NCBI RefSeq assembly: GCF_963921235.1
Contig: NC_086101.1
Location: 11,286,001 to 11,350,000 of the forward strand
DNA length: 64,000 nucleotides
DNA from: Mobula hypostoma
Lineage: Eukaryota
Reading direction: 5' to 3'
Below the pieces are notes generated by a model. It searched no databases. It worked only from the letters and a program-made list of their open reading frames with translations, and was not told the origin of the DNA. Positions 25,450 through 38,490 of the stretch are shown piece after piece. Position 1 is the first letter of the stretch; every line of letters begins with the position of its first letter. A program made the position numbers and the translations under genes.

Positions 25450-26400
25450 GTTTAAGAGAAGTCATAACAAATCCTTTATTGTACTCCAAACTCTGACCAC
25501 AATGCATTAAGAAAAGTCATAACAAATCCTTTATTGTACTCCAAACCCTGAACACAATGCATGGTTAAGAAACTTAATGTAATCAAGTCAGACCAGCCTT
25601 TAATATGAAGCTCCAACTCAATGTCTGTGGTTGTTAATGATATATATTTCCACTAATTACATGACCATACAACCCCCCATACTTCACTAAAACCGGCATT
25701 GTGACCCTGTCCGGAGTTTGGACGAGCTGCCCAGCTCAGGTTCTGTGTTCCATGGGAGGAGGAACAGCAGGTGCCTCGGCTCCTCCAGAGGAGTGTTGAC
25801 ACACTCACGGTCATGTTGTGACACCAGGTGCCTGGTAGTGGAATCCTCCACATCCTGGTGGGTCAGTGTAAGGTGATCTACCGAAATATGTTCAGGTTTA
25901 CCCCTCTTATCCGTGATAAAAGTCTTTTCTCCCCATTCCAAAACGTGGAATGGGTCGTCGTTAGTGGTCTAAGGGGATGTTGGTGTGCATCACGTCGGAT
26001 GAAAACAAACAAGGTGGAATGTAGGTCAACAGGAAGCCAAGTGTGCTGTGCACCATGACGGGAGGTGGGAATAGGTGAAAAGGAATTGAATTTACTGAAG
26101 AGGGTGGAACACTGTTGAATGGCCGACAAGGCAGTCGTGGTGTCCGGAATGAAATCACCTGGGTCTCATAATGGCTGCCCTTATACCAACAGCCATGGAT
26201 GACTGCAGGTCCTCTTGGAGCTATTCTGAGCCTCAGGAGGACCCACGCGAGATGATTATGCCAACACCCATAGGTCAGGGAAGCCCTCAGAGTAGCCTCT
26301 GAGGAGCGGTGAAACCACTCACACAGGCCATTGGAGTGTGGGGTTACTCTGTGGTGTGAGGAACCATTTCTGCTAGTTCCCAGAGTGTGTTGGTGACTTG
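25450..26400 (-). mobile_element. Ty3/Gypsy remnant: integrase C-terminus, PPT-like tract and partial 3' LTR
   Basis: PHSNGLCEWFHRS...WVLLRLRIAP, FVFIRRDAH, EHISVDHL; G-run then TG at 25671 on the minus strand; 55-bp tandem duplication 25453-25562 carrying AATAAA. Confidence 0.8.
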
Positions 26401-26486
26401 TCATCAGGAACTTGCATCTGCCTAATTCTGCTATATATCTCCAAACAATTGATCACAGAGGAAAATTATCAGGCAGATATTTAGAG

Positions 26487-28860
26487 CAGCCTTTCTCAAA
26501 CCTTTTCCCTGGAGGAACTGTTGAAACAATTTTTAGGTCTCAGGGAACCCCTGCATAAAAATTATATCTACAGATCACAGTCCGTTAGTGTGATCAGTAG
26601 AAACACAGAAAATAGGTGTGGGAGTAGGCCCTTCGAGCCTGCACCGCCATTCAGTACGATCATGGCTGATCATCCAACTTAGAACCCTGTACCTGCCTTC
26701 TCTCCATACCCCCGATCCCTTTAGCCACAAGGGCCATATCTAACTCCCTCTTAAATATAGCCAATGAACTGGCCTCAACTGTTTCCTGTGGCAGAGAATT
26801 CCACAGATTCACCACTCTCTGTGTGAAGAAGTTTTTCCTCATCTCTGTCCTAAACGGCTTCCCCTTTATCCTTAAACTGTGACCCCCCGTTCTGGACTTC
26901 TCCAACATGGGGAACAATCTTCCTGCATCTAGCCTGTCCAATCACTTTAGAATTTTATACGTTTCAATAAGATCCCCCCTTAGTCTTCTAAATTCCAGCG
27001 AGTATAAGCCTAGTCAATCCAGTCTTTCTTCATATGAAAGTCCTGCCATCCCAGGAATCAATCTGGTGAACCTTCTTTGTACTCCCTTTCTGGCAAGAAT
27101 GTCTTTCCAAAGATTAGGGGACCAAAACTGCACGCAATACTCCAGGTGTGGTCTCACCAAGGCCTTGTACAACTACAGTAGAACCTCCCTGCTCCTGTAC
27201 TCCAATCCTCTTCCTATGAATGCCAGCATACCATTCGCCTTTTTCACCGCCTGCTGTACCTGCATGCCCACTTTCAATGACTGGTGTACAATGACACCCA
27301 GGTCTCGTTGCACCTCCCCTTTTCCTAATTGGCCACCATTCAGATAATAATCTGTTTTCCTGTTCTTGCCACCAAAGTGGATAAACCTCACATTTATCCA
27401 CATTAAATTGCATCTGCCATGAATTTGCCCACTCACCCAACCTATCCAAGTCATCCTTCATGCTCTTAGCATCCTCCTCACAGCTAACACTGCCACCCAG
27501 CTTCGTGTCATCCGCAAACTTGGAGATGCTGCATTTAATTCCCTCATCTAAGTCATTAATATATATTGTAAACAACTGGGGTCCCAGCACGGAGCCTTGC
27601 GGTACCCCACTAGTCACTGCCTGCCATTCTGAAAAGGCCCCATTTATTCCCACTCTTTGCTTCCTGTCTGCCAACCAATTCTCTATCCACATCAATACCA
27701 TACCCCCAATACCATGTGCTTTAAGTTTGCACACTGATCTCCTGTGTGGGACCTTGTCAAAAGCCTTTTGAAGATCCAAATATACCACATCCACTGGTTC
27801 TCCCTTATTCACTCTACTAGTTACATCCTCAAAAGATTCGTCAGACATGATTTTCCTTTCACAAATCCATGCTGACTTTGTCCGATGATTTCACCGCTTT
27901 CGAAATGTGCTGTTATCACATCCTTGATAACTGACTCCAGCAGTTTCCCCACCACCGACGTCAGGCTAACCGGTCTATAAATCCCCAGTTTCTCTCTCCC
28001 TCCTTTCTTAAAAAGCGGGGTTACATTAGCCACCCTCCAATCCTCAGGAACTAATCCAGGTTGTAGATATAATAATTCAAAAATAATTGTCAGTGCTCTT
28101 TTGAATAGAGAATGTATTTATAGCTGGCCTTTCTTGAAAAGAAAACAGGTAGTTAAACTCAGTTTACCTTTCTTGGAATTAATCTCTTTCTTTCCCTCCC
28201 ATAAATTTTTAAAACTCATATGGCAAACAAAATAAATTTTTCAATTCTGGGTCAAACTTGAGATAAGCACACATGGATTTCACCTTCAGCTGAAATGAGA
28301 TGATTTTTATCCTTGCTCTTGTTGCTTGTTCAGCAAGAAAAAGCTTGCTCACACGTGTAAGAAGTTGAAAACTGCAGCAAAATGTTCATTGCTTTCCGAT
28401 GGCAGGATACTCTTCTTCTACAGAAATCCAGAACTTATCCAGGGTCAGGTCAGTAAATCTAATCCTGAGTGCATGATCAGAGTGCAGCTCACAAAGTTCT
28501 TCCTCTTCTCCCAAAGTCAGGCTCTCTGGCTGAGCAGAAGATTCAGAGAAAGATTCCCTCAACCAGTCATACACTTGAGTTGAAAGGGAGGAAAAATACT
28601 GTTCAGTTTTGTTCTGCAGTTCTTCCAGGTGATTTTCATTTAGAGTCAAGACTTTCTGATATCCTTCCTCACTCTCAAGCCCAAACAACAGTGGAAACTT
28701 TTCAAGATTTCCTTTTCCAACATGATTTTTCCAAAGATTCAGTATCCTTTTAAATCGAAGAATCTTGTCATTTGAAGTCAAAACGTTTTCTCCAGGAAAT
28801 TCAGAAACTTGTTCAACTAGTTCATATGATGAAAAATGTCTGTTCAGTAGGATAGTTTCT
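26487..28860 (-). mobile_element. hAT Charlie/Buster DNA transposon remnant (FAM200/ZBED5-like transposase C-terminus plus one TIR), interrupted by a CR1
   Basis: ORF 28386-28937 DKILRFKRILNLWK...DKFWISVEEEYPAI then CEQAFS-like motif; TIR-like cagcctttctcaaacctttt at 26487 preceded by nnnTAnnn site atttagag. Confidence 0.8.
26598..28058 (-). mobile_element. 5'-truncated CR1 LINE (RT to 3' end)
   Basis: YLDLQKAFDKVPH, SGVPQGSVLGP, KFADDTKLGG, FFTQRVVNLWN. Confidence 0.95.
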
Positions 28861-28902
28861 GCATTAGGGTTTTGTTTCTCTTTGGCACGATGCCAAGTGT
28901 GA

Positions 28903-29803
28903 TAGAAACATAGAAAACCTACAGCAGAATACAGCACCTACACCCCACGATGCCGTGCCGAGCATACTTACCTTAGAAATTGCCAAGGGCTACCTGTAGC
29001 CCTCTATTTTCTTAAGCTCCATGTACTTATCCAGGAGTCTCTTAAAAGACCCTATCATATCAGCCTCCACCACCGTTGCCGGCAGCCCATTCCTCACAGT
29101 CACTACTCTCTGCGTTAAAAACTTACTCCTGACATCTCCTCTGTACCTCCTTCCAAGCACCGTAAACCTGTGCCCTCTTGTGTTCGCCATTTCAGCTCAG
29201 GGAAAAAGCCTCTGACTATCTCCATGATCAATGCCTCTCATCAACTTAGACACCTCTATCAGGTCATCTCTCATCCTCTGTTGTCCCAAGGCCAAAAGCC
29301 CAGGTTCACACACCTATTCTCATGAGGCCTGCTCCCAAATCCAGGCAACATCCTTATAAATCTCCTCTGCACCCTTTCGACAGTTTCCACATCCTTCCTG
29401 TAGTGAGGTGACCAGAAATGAGCACAGTACTCCAACTGGGGTCTGACCAGGATCCTATATAGCTGCAACATTACCTCTCAGCTCTTAAACTCAATCCCAC
29501 CGTTGATGAAGGCCAATGCACCGTATGCCTTCTTAACCACAGAGTCAACCTGCGTAGCAGCTTTAAGTGTCCTATGGATGGGGACCCCAAGATCCCTCTG
29601 ATCCTCCACACTGCCAAAAGTCTTACCAATAATACTATATTCTTTTGTCATATTTGACCAGACAAAATGAACCACCTCACACTTATCTGGGTAAAACTCC
29701 ATCTTCCACTTCTCAGCCCAGTTTTGTATCCTATCGATGTCCCAATGTAACCTCTGACAGCCCTCCACACTATCCACAACACCTCCAACCTTTGTCCCAT
29801 CAA
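28903..29803 (-). mobile_element. 5'-truncated CR1 LINE (same family as 1062-5486)
   Basis: VDSVEGCQRL, KAATQVDSVVKKAYG, MELKKIEGYR; tagaaaca tail. Confidence 0.92.
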
Positions 29804-29922
29804 GTTTGATTGGGAGTAGTGATGGAGCCTCAAGATGCCAGGAGTGATGTTTGATTGGGAGTAGTGATGGAGCCTCAAGATGCCAGGAGTGATGTTTGAT
29901 TGGGAGTAGTGATGAAGCCTCA
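29804..29922. repeat. 45-bp tandem repeat, about 2.6 copies
   Basis: gtttgattgggagtagtgatggagcctcaagatgccaggagtgat at 29804, 29849 and partially at 29894. Confidence 0.95.
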
Positions 29923-30377
29923 GCTTTTTGCAGTTTATTTTTTAAAAAAATGACGACTGGACAATGTCTATATAAAATTGCTACTTCAGCCCTCAAATTT
30001 TGGTCTGTGAGCACTTGGAATGCATTAAACTTCCCTCATCAAATTTTTTGTTGTAATTTGGGTTTTTCTGTCCAGCTTCGGCCTGGTTGGATTTCACATA
30101 CAGATTTCCGTGCTGAGTCCCACCCACACCATTACACACCCTCAGACCTAAACCATCTCTTTCTTCATGCTTGTTGGGTGGGTTGTGGTGGAGTAGCTGT
30201 GGGATGTTATTTTCCACCCCGGTGCTCTGTGGGATGCTAAACTATTCTGATGGTTTGAGGGGGTGGGGTAGATGCAGGGCAGACCCAGTATTTTTTTAAC
30301 ATTTTTATTATAATCTGTAGTAAATTTATATGCAAACTTGTGTTAAAGCCAGCTGCTAACATACCCAATTCAATTTA

Positions 30378-30882
30378 CAGAACACCGAACATAGAATAGT
30401 ACAGAAGAGTACAGGCCCTTCGGCCAACAATGTTGTGCCAACCCTTAAACGCTGCTTCCCACATACCCCGCCCCCCACCTTCATATACCTGTCTAGTAGT
30501 CTCTTAAATTTCACTAGTGTATCTGCCTCCACCACTGACTCAGGCAGTGCATTCCACGCACCAACCACTCTCTGAGTAAAAAACCTTCCTCTAATATCCC
30601 CCTTGAACTTCCCACCCCTTACCTTAAAGCCATGTCCTCTTGTATTGAGCAGTGGTGCCCTGGGGAAGTGGCACTGGCTGTCCACTCTATCTATTGCTCT
30701 TAATATCTTGTATACCTCTATCATGTCTCCTCTCATCCTGCTTCTCTCCAAAGAGTAAAGCCTTAGCTCCCTTAATCTCTGATCATAATGCATACTCTCT
30801 AAACCGGGCAGCATCCTGGTAAATCTCCTCTGTATCCTTTCCAATGCTTCCACATCCTTGCTATAGTGAGGTGACCAGAGCT
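30378..30882 (-). mobile_element. CR1 3' fragment (family of 13758-17890)
   Basis: ESMHYDQRLREL...RAPLLNTRGHGFKVRGG. Confidence 0.92.
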
Positions 30883-32291
30883 GGTATGTAATTGTTTAAA
30901 AAGGGTTCTAAGAGTAAACCTAACAATTATCGGCCTGTGAGTTTGATGGCAGTGGTGGGTAAATTGATGGAAAGTATTCTTAGCGATGGTATATATAATT
31001 ATCTGGATAGACAGGGTCTGATTAGGAACAGTCAACATGACCTTGTTCGTGGAAGGTCATGTATGACAAATCTTATTGAATTTTTTGAAGAGGTTACAAG
31101 GAATGTTGACGAGAGTCAAGCGGTGGATGTTGTCTATCTGGACTTCAGTAAGGCCTTTGACAAGGTCCCACACGGAAGGTTAGTTAGGAGGGTTCAATCG
31201 TTAGGTATTAAGATTGAAGTAGTAAAATGGATTCAGCAGATGGGAGATGCCAGAGAGTGGTGGTGGATAATTGTTTGTCAGATTGGAGGCCTCAAGGATC
31301 TGTACTGGGTCTAATGTTGTTTGTCATATACATGAATGATCTGGATGATGGGGTGGTAAATTGGATGAGTAAGTATGCAGATGTTACCAAGATAGGTGTT
31401 GTGGATAATGAAGTAGGTTTTCAAAGCTTGCAGAGAGATTTAGGCCAGTTAGAAGAGTGGGCTCAGAGATGGCAGATGGAGTTTAATGCTGATAAATGTG
31501 AGGTGCAACACTTTGGTAGGACTAATCAAAATAGGACATACATGGTAAATGGTAGGGCATTGAAGAATGCAGAAGAACAGAGGGATCTAGGAATAATGGT
31601 GCATAGTTCCCTGAAGGTGGAATCTCCTGTGGATAGGGTGGTGAAGAAAGTTTTTGGTATGCTGGCCTTTATAAATCAGAGCATTGAGTATAGGGGTTGG
31701 GATGTCATGTTGAAATTGTATGAGGCATTGGTGAGGCCTAATTTGGAGTATTGTGTACAGTTCTGGTCACCAAATTACAGGAAAGATGTCAACAAAATAG
31801 AGAGAGTACAGAGAAGATTTACTAGAATGTTACCTGGGTTTCATCACCTAAGTTACAGAGAAAGGTTGAACAAATTGGGTCCTTATTCTTTGGAGCATCG
31901 TAGATTGAGGGGGGACTTGATAGAGGTATTTAAAATTATGAGGGGGATAGATAGAATTGACATGGATAGGCTTTTTCCATTCAGTGTAGGGGAGATTCAA
32001 ACAAGAGGACATGAGTTGAGAGTTAAAGGGCAAAAGTTTAGGGGTAACATGAGGGGGAACTTCTTTACTCAGAGAGTGGTAGCTGTGTGGAACGAGCTTC
32101 CAGCAGAAGTGGTTGAGGCAGGTTCGATGTTGTTGTTCAAAGTTAAATCGGACAGCTATATGGACAGGAAAGGAATGGAGGGTTATGGGCTGAGTGCAGG
32201 TCGGTGGGACTAGGTGAGAGTGAGAGTTTGGCATGGACTAGAAGGGCCGAGATGGCCTGTTTCCATGCTGTAATTGTTATGATTATATGGT
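30883..32291 (+). mobile_element. 5'-truncated CR1 LINE (copy A, upstream of IgV exon 1)
   Basis: YLDFSKAFDKVPH and 328-aa RT C-terminal ORF; tail tgttatgattatatggt. Confidence 0.95.
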
Positions 32292-32433
32292 AATCAAAAT
32301 CGTAATAATTTTTGAGATTTTTCTCATTTGAGTTCACAGTCCTGGTTGTGTAGTAGTTGATCTGTATATTGGGTAACAGGTTCCTGATCAATGTTCAATA
32401 TGGGTTCCTTGTCTCTCAATTATTTCTCTCCAG

Positions 32434-32781
32434 GTGATTTTATCCTACTTGTACCCGAAGAGCCTTTTGTAGCAATTGCAGGTGAAGATGTTGTACTGGA
32501 ATGTGAGCTGCTCCCACCAACCTCTGCCAGCAACATAACAGTGCAGTGGCTGAAATCAGGTCTCAGCTCACCCATCCATGTGCACAGACATGGACAAGGT
32601 GACCCCCTCGCCCAACACCAGGATTACAAAGGAAGGACAGAACTGTTTAAAGATGAAATTACAGAAGGAAACATTTCCCTCAGATTAAAGAACGTAAGGC
32701 CAGACGATGAAGGGCGATATACATGTTCAGTTAAAGACAGAATTGTCTTCAAACAAGCTACAGTTGAACTGCATGTTCGGA
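32434..32781 (+). CDS. Butyrophilin/B7-family IgV exon 1 (348 bp, phase 1-1)
   Basis: ttctctccag acceptor, A|gtgagt donor; DFILLVPEEPFVAIAGEDVVLEC...W...YKGRTELFKDEITEGNISLRLKNVRPDDEGRYTC...ATVELHV, a BTN/MOG-type V domain. Confidence 0.95.
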
Positions 32782-33269
32782 GTGAGTATTATTGCCATTT
32801 GTACCACGGTGTAGTGGGAAGCTTTTGTTTTGCATACCATCCAGATAGATCATTTCATACACGAGTATATTGAGGGAGTAAAAATAAAACAATGTGGAAT
32901 ATAGTGGTGTTGTTGCAGAGAAATTACAGTGCAAGTAATTACACAATTACACAATAAGGTGTGAGGGCTGCATTGAGTTAGACTGGGGCTACAAGTGTTC
33001 ATATCTCAGTGTGTGAGATGTCCATTCAGGAGTTTGATAACCATGGCATAGAAACTGTCCTCGAGTCTGATGGGTCGTGCTCTCGGGGCTTTGTATTTTC
33101 TGCTCAATGGGAGAGGAGAAAAGAGAGAATGACAGCGGTGGGTGGGGTCTGTGATTATATCGGCTGCTTTCCCAACCCAGTAGTAAGTGTAGACAGAATC
33201 AGTGGAACAGTCTGGTTTGCATGAAGGACCAGGCTTTGTTCACAACTCTTCAGTTTCTTCTCAAACCTC

Positions 33270-34320
33270 AGTCACAGAGACATAGAGAAGTCCAACACAG
33301 AAACAGGCCCTCTGTCCCATGTAGTCAATGCTGGACCATTTAAATTGCTTATGCCCATCGATTTGCACTGGGACCATGGCCCTCCACCGCCCCCCCCCCG
33401 CCAACCATGTACAGTACCTAATCAAACTTCTCTTCAACATTGAAATCGACCTTGCATGCTCTGCTTGTGTTGGCAGCTTGTTCCACACTCTTACAAACCT
33501 CCGAGTGAAGAAGTTTCCCCTCATAAGCCCATTAAACTTTTCACCTTTCACCCTTAACTCATGAACTCTGGTTGTAGGCCCTCCCGACCTCAATGGAAAA
33601 AGACTGCTTGCATTTACCCTATCTATACCGCTCATTATATTGTATACCTCTGTCAAATCTTCTGTCAGTCCTCTGCATTCCAAGGAAAGAAGTCCTAACC
33701 TATTCAATCTTTCCGCAACTCAGATCCTCCAGACCTGATAACATTTTTGTAAAGTTTCTCTGTACTCTTTCAAACTTATTTACATCTTTCCTGTAGCTGG
33801 GTTACCAAAACTGTACACAATACTCCAAATAATACAACTTCAACATCGCAACCCATCTCCTGTAGTCAAAACTTTCATATATGAAACATCTTCAAGTCAA
33901 GAAAAGTCAAGTTACTTTTATTGTCATTTCGACCATAACGGCTGGTACAGTACGCAGTAAAAATGAGACAATGTTTTTCAGGGCCATGGTGTTACATGAA
34001 ACAATACAAAACTTCACCGAACTATGTAAAACAACGCAAAAACTACACTAGACTGCAGACCTACCCAGGACTGCATAAAGTGTACAAAACAGTGCAGGCA
34101 TTACAATAAATAATAATAAACAAGACAATAGGCACAGTAGAGGGCAGAAGGTTGGTGTCAGTCCAGGCTCTGGGTATTGAGGAGTCTGACGGCTTGGGGG
34201 AAGAAACTGTTACACAGTCTGGTCGTGACAGCCCGAATGCTTCGGTGCCTTTTGCCAGATGGCAGGAAGGAGAAGAATTTGTATGAGGGGTGCGTGGGGT
34301 CCTTCATAATGCTGTTTATC
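33270..34320 (-). mobile_element. CR1 3' fragment followed by a Rex-like 3' fragment (duplicated at ~39325-40370)
   Basis: ORF 33261-33707 GIDRVNASSLFP...WNKLP; then ggggaagaaactgttacacagtctgg...ccagatggcagg. Confidence 0.75.
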
Positions 34321-34674
34321 TTGTGCCCTCCCTCCTACACCAACTCTTTAGCCAAATGTTAAAGGGTGTAATCTTCCTATTTTTGTTCCAATAACATTTG
34401 GCATGGGTAGCAATCCTGAGATCATAATCCTAGACACCCGGCCCATTAACTTAGCACCTAACTCCCTGAACTCAATTTGCAGAACAGCATCACTCTTCCT
34501 ACCTATGCCATTGGTGCCTACATTGACCACAACCTCTGGCTGTTCACCACCCACTTTGGAATGCTGAGGACTCGATCCAAGATGTCCAGGAGCTTGGCAC
34601 GTGGGACGCAACATACCATCCAGGAATCTTGTTTTCATCCGCAGAACCTCCTTTCCGTTCTCCTAAGTAAACAA

Positions 34675-37670
34675 TAGACAAGAGACAGTAGGTGCAGGAG
34701 TAGGCCTTTCGGCCCTTCGAGCCAGCACCGTCATTCACTGTGATCATGGCTGATCATCCACAATCAGTAACCCGTTCCTGCCTTCTCCCCATATCCCTTG
34801 ACTCCGCTATCATTAAGAGCTCTATCTAACTCTTTCTTGAAAGCATCCAGAGAATTGGCGTCCACTGCCTTCTGAGGCAGAGCATTCCACAGATCCAGAA
34901 CTGTCTGGGTGAAAAAGTATTTCCTCAACTCCGTTCAAAATGGCCTAGCCCTTGTACTCAAATTGTGGCCTCTGGTTCTGGACTCCCTCAACATCGGGAA
35001 CATGTTTCCTGCCTCTAGCATGTCCAATCCCATAATAATCTTATATGTTTCATCAGATTCCCTCTCATCCTTCTAAATTCCAGTGTATACAAGGCCAGTC
35101 GCTCCAATCTTTCAACATGTGACAGTCCCGCCATCCCGGGAATTAACCTCGTGAAACTCCGCTGTACTTTCTCTATATGAAGAATGTCCTTCCTCAAATT
35201 TGGACACCAAAACTGTAAATGATACTCCAGCACGAGGAAATCTGCAGATGCTGGAATTTCAAGCAACACACATAAAAGTTGCTGGTGAACGTAGCAGGCC
35301 AGGCAGCATCTCTGGGAAGAGGTACAGTCGATGTTTCGGGCCGAGCCCCTTCATCAGTCCTGACAGTACCCCAGTAGTCACTGCCTGCCATTCTGCAAGG
35401 GGCCCGTTAATCCCTGTTCTTTGTTTCCTGTCTGCCAACTAATTTTTTATCCATGTCAGTACCCTACCCCCAATACTATGTGCTCTAATTTTGCCCATTA
35501 ATCTCCTATGTGAGACCTTATCAAAGGCTTTCTGAAAGTCCAGGTACACTACATCCAATGGCTCTCCCTTGTCCATTTTCATAGTTACATCCTCAAAAAA
35601 TTCCAGAAGATTAGTCAAGCATGACTTCCCCTTCGTAAATCCATGCTGACTCGGACCAATCCTGTTACTACTTTCCAAACGTGCTGCTATTTCATCCTTT
35701 ATAATTGACTCCAGCATCTTCCCCACCACTGATGTCAGGCTAACTGGTATATAATTCCCTGTTTTATCTCTCCCTCCTTTCATAAAATGTGGGATAACAT
35801 TAGCTACCCTCCAGTCCTCAGGAACCGATCCTGAATCTATAGAACATTGGAAAATAATGACCAATGCCTCCATGATTTCTAGAGCCACCTCCTTAAGTAC
35901 CCTGAGGTGCAGACCATCAGGCCCTGGGGATTTATCAGCCTTCAGTCCCATCAGTATATCCAACACCATTTTCTGCCTAATATGAATCTCCTTCAAATCC
36001 TCCATAACCCTAGGTCCTCCGGCCACTATTACATCTAGGAGATTGTTTCTGTCTTCCCTAGTGAAGCCAGATCAAAAGTACCTGTTCAACTCGTCTGCCA
36101 TTTCCTTGTTCCCCGTAATAAATTCACCTGTTTCTGTCTTCAAGGGCCCAACCTTTGTCTTAACTAATATTTTCCTCTTCACATTCCGAAAGAAGCTTTA
36201 ACTATCCTCCTTTATATTCTTGGCTAGTTTGCCTTCGTATCTTATCGTTTCTGTCCGTATTGCCTTTTTAGTTATCCTCTGTTGCTCTTTAAAAGTTTCC
36301 CAATCCTCTGGCTTCCCGCTAATCTTTGTTATGTTATACTTCTTCTCTTGTACTTTTATACTATCCTTGACTTCCCTTGTCAGCCACGGTCACCCCTTAC
36401 TCCCCTTAGAACCTTTCTTCCTCTTTGGAATGAACTGATCCTGCACCTTCTATATTATTCCCAGAAATACCTACAATTGTTGTTCCACTGTCATCCCTGC
36501 TAGGGTATCTTTCCAGTCAACTTTGGCCAGCTCCTCCCTCATGACTCCATAGTCCCTTTGTTCAACTGTAATACTGACACTTCCAATTTTCCCTTCTCCC
36601 TCTCAAGTTGTAGTTGAAAACTTATCATATTATGGTCACTACCTCCTAATGGCTCCTTTACCTCGAGTTCCCTTATCAAATGTGGTTCATTCCACAACAC
36701 TAAATCCAGAATTGCCTTCTCCCTGGTGGGTTCCAGTACAAGCTGTTCTAAGAATCCATCTCGGAGGAACTCCACAAACTCCCTTTCTTGGGGTCCAGTA
36801 CCAACCTGATTTTCCCAGTCTACCTGCATGTTAAAATCCCCCTTAACAACCGTAGTATTACCTTTGCGACATGCCAATTTTAACTCTTGATTCAACTTGC
36901 ACCCTATATCCAGGCTACTGTTTGGGGGCCTGTAGATAACTCCCATTAGGGTCTTTTTGCCCTCACAATTTCTCAGTTCTATCCATACTGACTCTACAGC
37001 TCCTGATTCTATGTCCCCCCTCGCAAGGGACTGAATTTCATTCCTCACCAACAGAGCCACCCCACCCCCTCTGCCCACCTGTCTGTCCTTTCGATAGGAC
37101 GTATACCCTTCATTATTCATTTCCCAACCCTGGTCCTCTTGTAGCCATGTCTCTGTTATTTCTACAACATCATGCTTGCCAATTTCCAACTGAGCCTCAA
37201 GCTCATCCACTTTATTTCTTGTACTTCGTGCATTAATATATAATACTTTTAATCCATTACTCCCTCACCTTTCACATCGATTCCTATTGCAATTGGCCAT
37301 TCTCTCCGATCCCTTCCTGAGCTTTCTGCCCTGTTAATTCTGTTGTCTTTCTTAACTTTCCTTATTCTCTCTTTCCCTTTAATTCCATCCTTATATTTCC
37401 TCTCCTCCCCCTCCCCCCCCCCAACACTACTTAGTTTAAACACACCCTTGTAGCAGTGGAAAACCTGCCTGCCAGATTGCTGGTCCCCCGCCTGATAAGG
37501 TGCAACCCGTCCCTTTTGTACAATCATCCTTGCCCCAAAACAGATCCCAGTGGTCTAAGAATCTAAGTCTCTGCTTCCCGCACCAGCTCCTCAGCCACAC
37601 ATTCAGATCCCTTATCTCCCTGTTCCTGCCCTCAACAGCACGAGGAACTGGAAGCAAACTGGAGATAACC
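34675..37670 (-). mobile_element. CR1 LINE (ORF1 end, APE, partial RT, 3' end) with an internal Penelope fragment at ~35231-35363
   Basis: ORFs 36539-37210 (TETW, GDFN, SDHN), 35439-36026 (DFQKAFD), 37436-37657 (ORF1). Confidence 0.92.
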
Positions 37671-38348
37671 GGTTTGGAATCTCCTGTGGATAGGGTGGTG
37701 AAGAAAGATTTTGGTATGCTGGCCTTTATAAATCAGAGCATTAAGTATAGGAGTTGGGAGGTAATGTTGAAATTGTACAAGGCATTGGTGAGGCCAGATT
37801 TGGAGTATTGTGTACAGTTTTCATTACCGAATTATAGGAAAGGTGTCAACAAAATAGAGAGAGTACAAAGAAGGTTTACGAGAATGTCAGCTGGGATTCA
37901 TCTCCTAAGTTACAGAGAAAGGTTGAACAAGTTGGGTCTTTATTCTTTGGAACGTAGAAGGTTGAGGGGGGACTTGATAGAGGTGTTTAAAATTATGAGG
38001 GGGATAGATAGAGTTGACGTGGATAGGCTTTTTCCATTGAGAGTGGGGGAGATTCAAACAAGAGGACATGAGTTGAGAGTTAAAGGGCAAAAGTTTAGGG
38101 GTAACATGAGGGGGAACTTCTTTACTCAGAGAGTGGTAGCTGTGTGGAACGAGATTGCAGCAGAAGTGGTTGAGGCAGGTTCGATGTTGTTGTTCAAAGT
38201 TAAGTTGGACAGCTTTCTGGACAGGAAAGGAATGGAGGGTTATGGGCTGAGTGCAGGTCGGTGGGACTAGGTGAGAGTAAGAGTTCGGCATGGACTAGAA
38301 GGGCCGAGATCTCTTATTTCCATGCTGTAATTGTTATGATTATATGGT
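37671..38348 (+). mobile_element. Chimeric CR1 at the duplication junction (5' flank of copy B, 3' flank of copy A)
   Basis: 5' junction ggagataacc-ggtttggaatc matches 43671-43690; 3' junction tatgattatatggt-catcaaaatcgt matches 32278-32303. Confidence 0.9.
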
Positions 38349-38490
38349 CATCAAAATCGTGATACTGTTTGAGATTTTTTTCATTTGAGTTCACAGTCCT
38401 GGTTGTGTTGTAGTTGATCTGTATATTGGGTAACAGGTTCCTGATTAATGTTCAATATGGGTTCCTTGTCTCTCAATTATTTCTCTCCAG

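Noticed and set aside
28386..28937. Domesticated FAM200/ZBED gene
   Set aside because: Truncated, frameshifted and interrupted; retains a TIR, so it is a transposon fossil.
29804..29922. CRISPR-like array
   Set aside because: Head-to-tail repeat with no unique spacers, in a eukaryotic context.
30378..32291. Head-to-head CR1 pieces as a twin-priming inversion
   Set aside because: Both have their own 3' ends and belong to different subfamilies.
32391..32873. 160-aa ORFs (also 38448-38930) as single-exon genes
   Set aside because: The N- and C-terminal extensions are intron read-through; canonical splice sites bound the Ig domain exactly.
37500..38270. 256-aa ORF as a novel fusion protein
   Set aside because: Chance in-frame join of antisense ORF1 and sense RT at an insertion junction.
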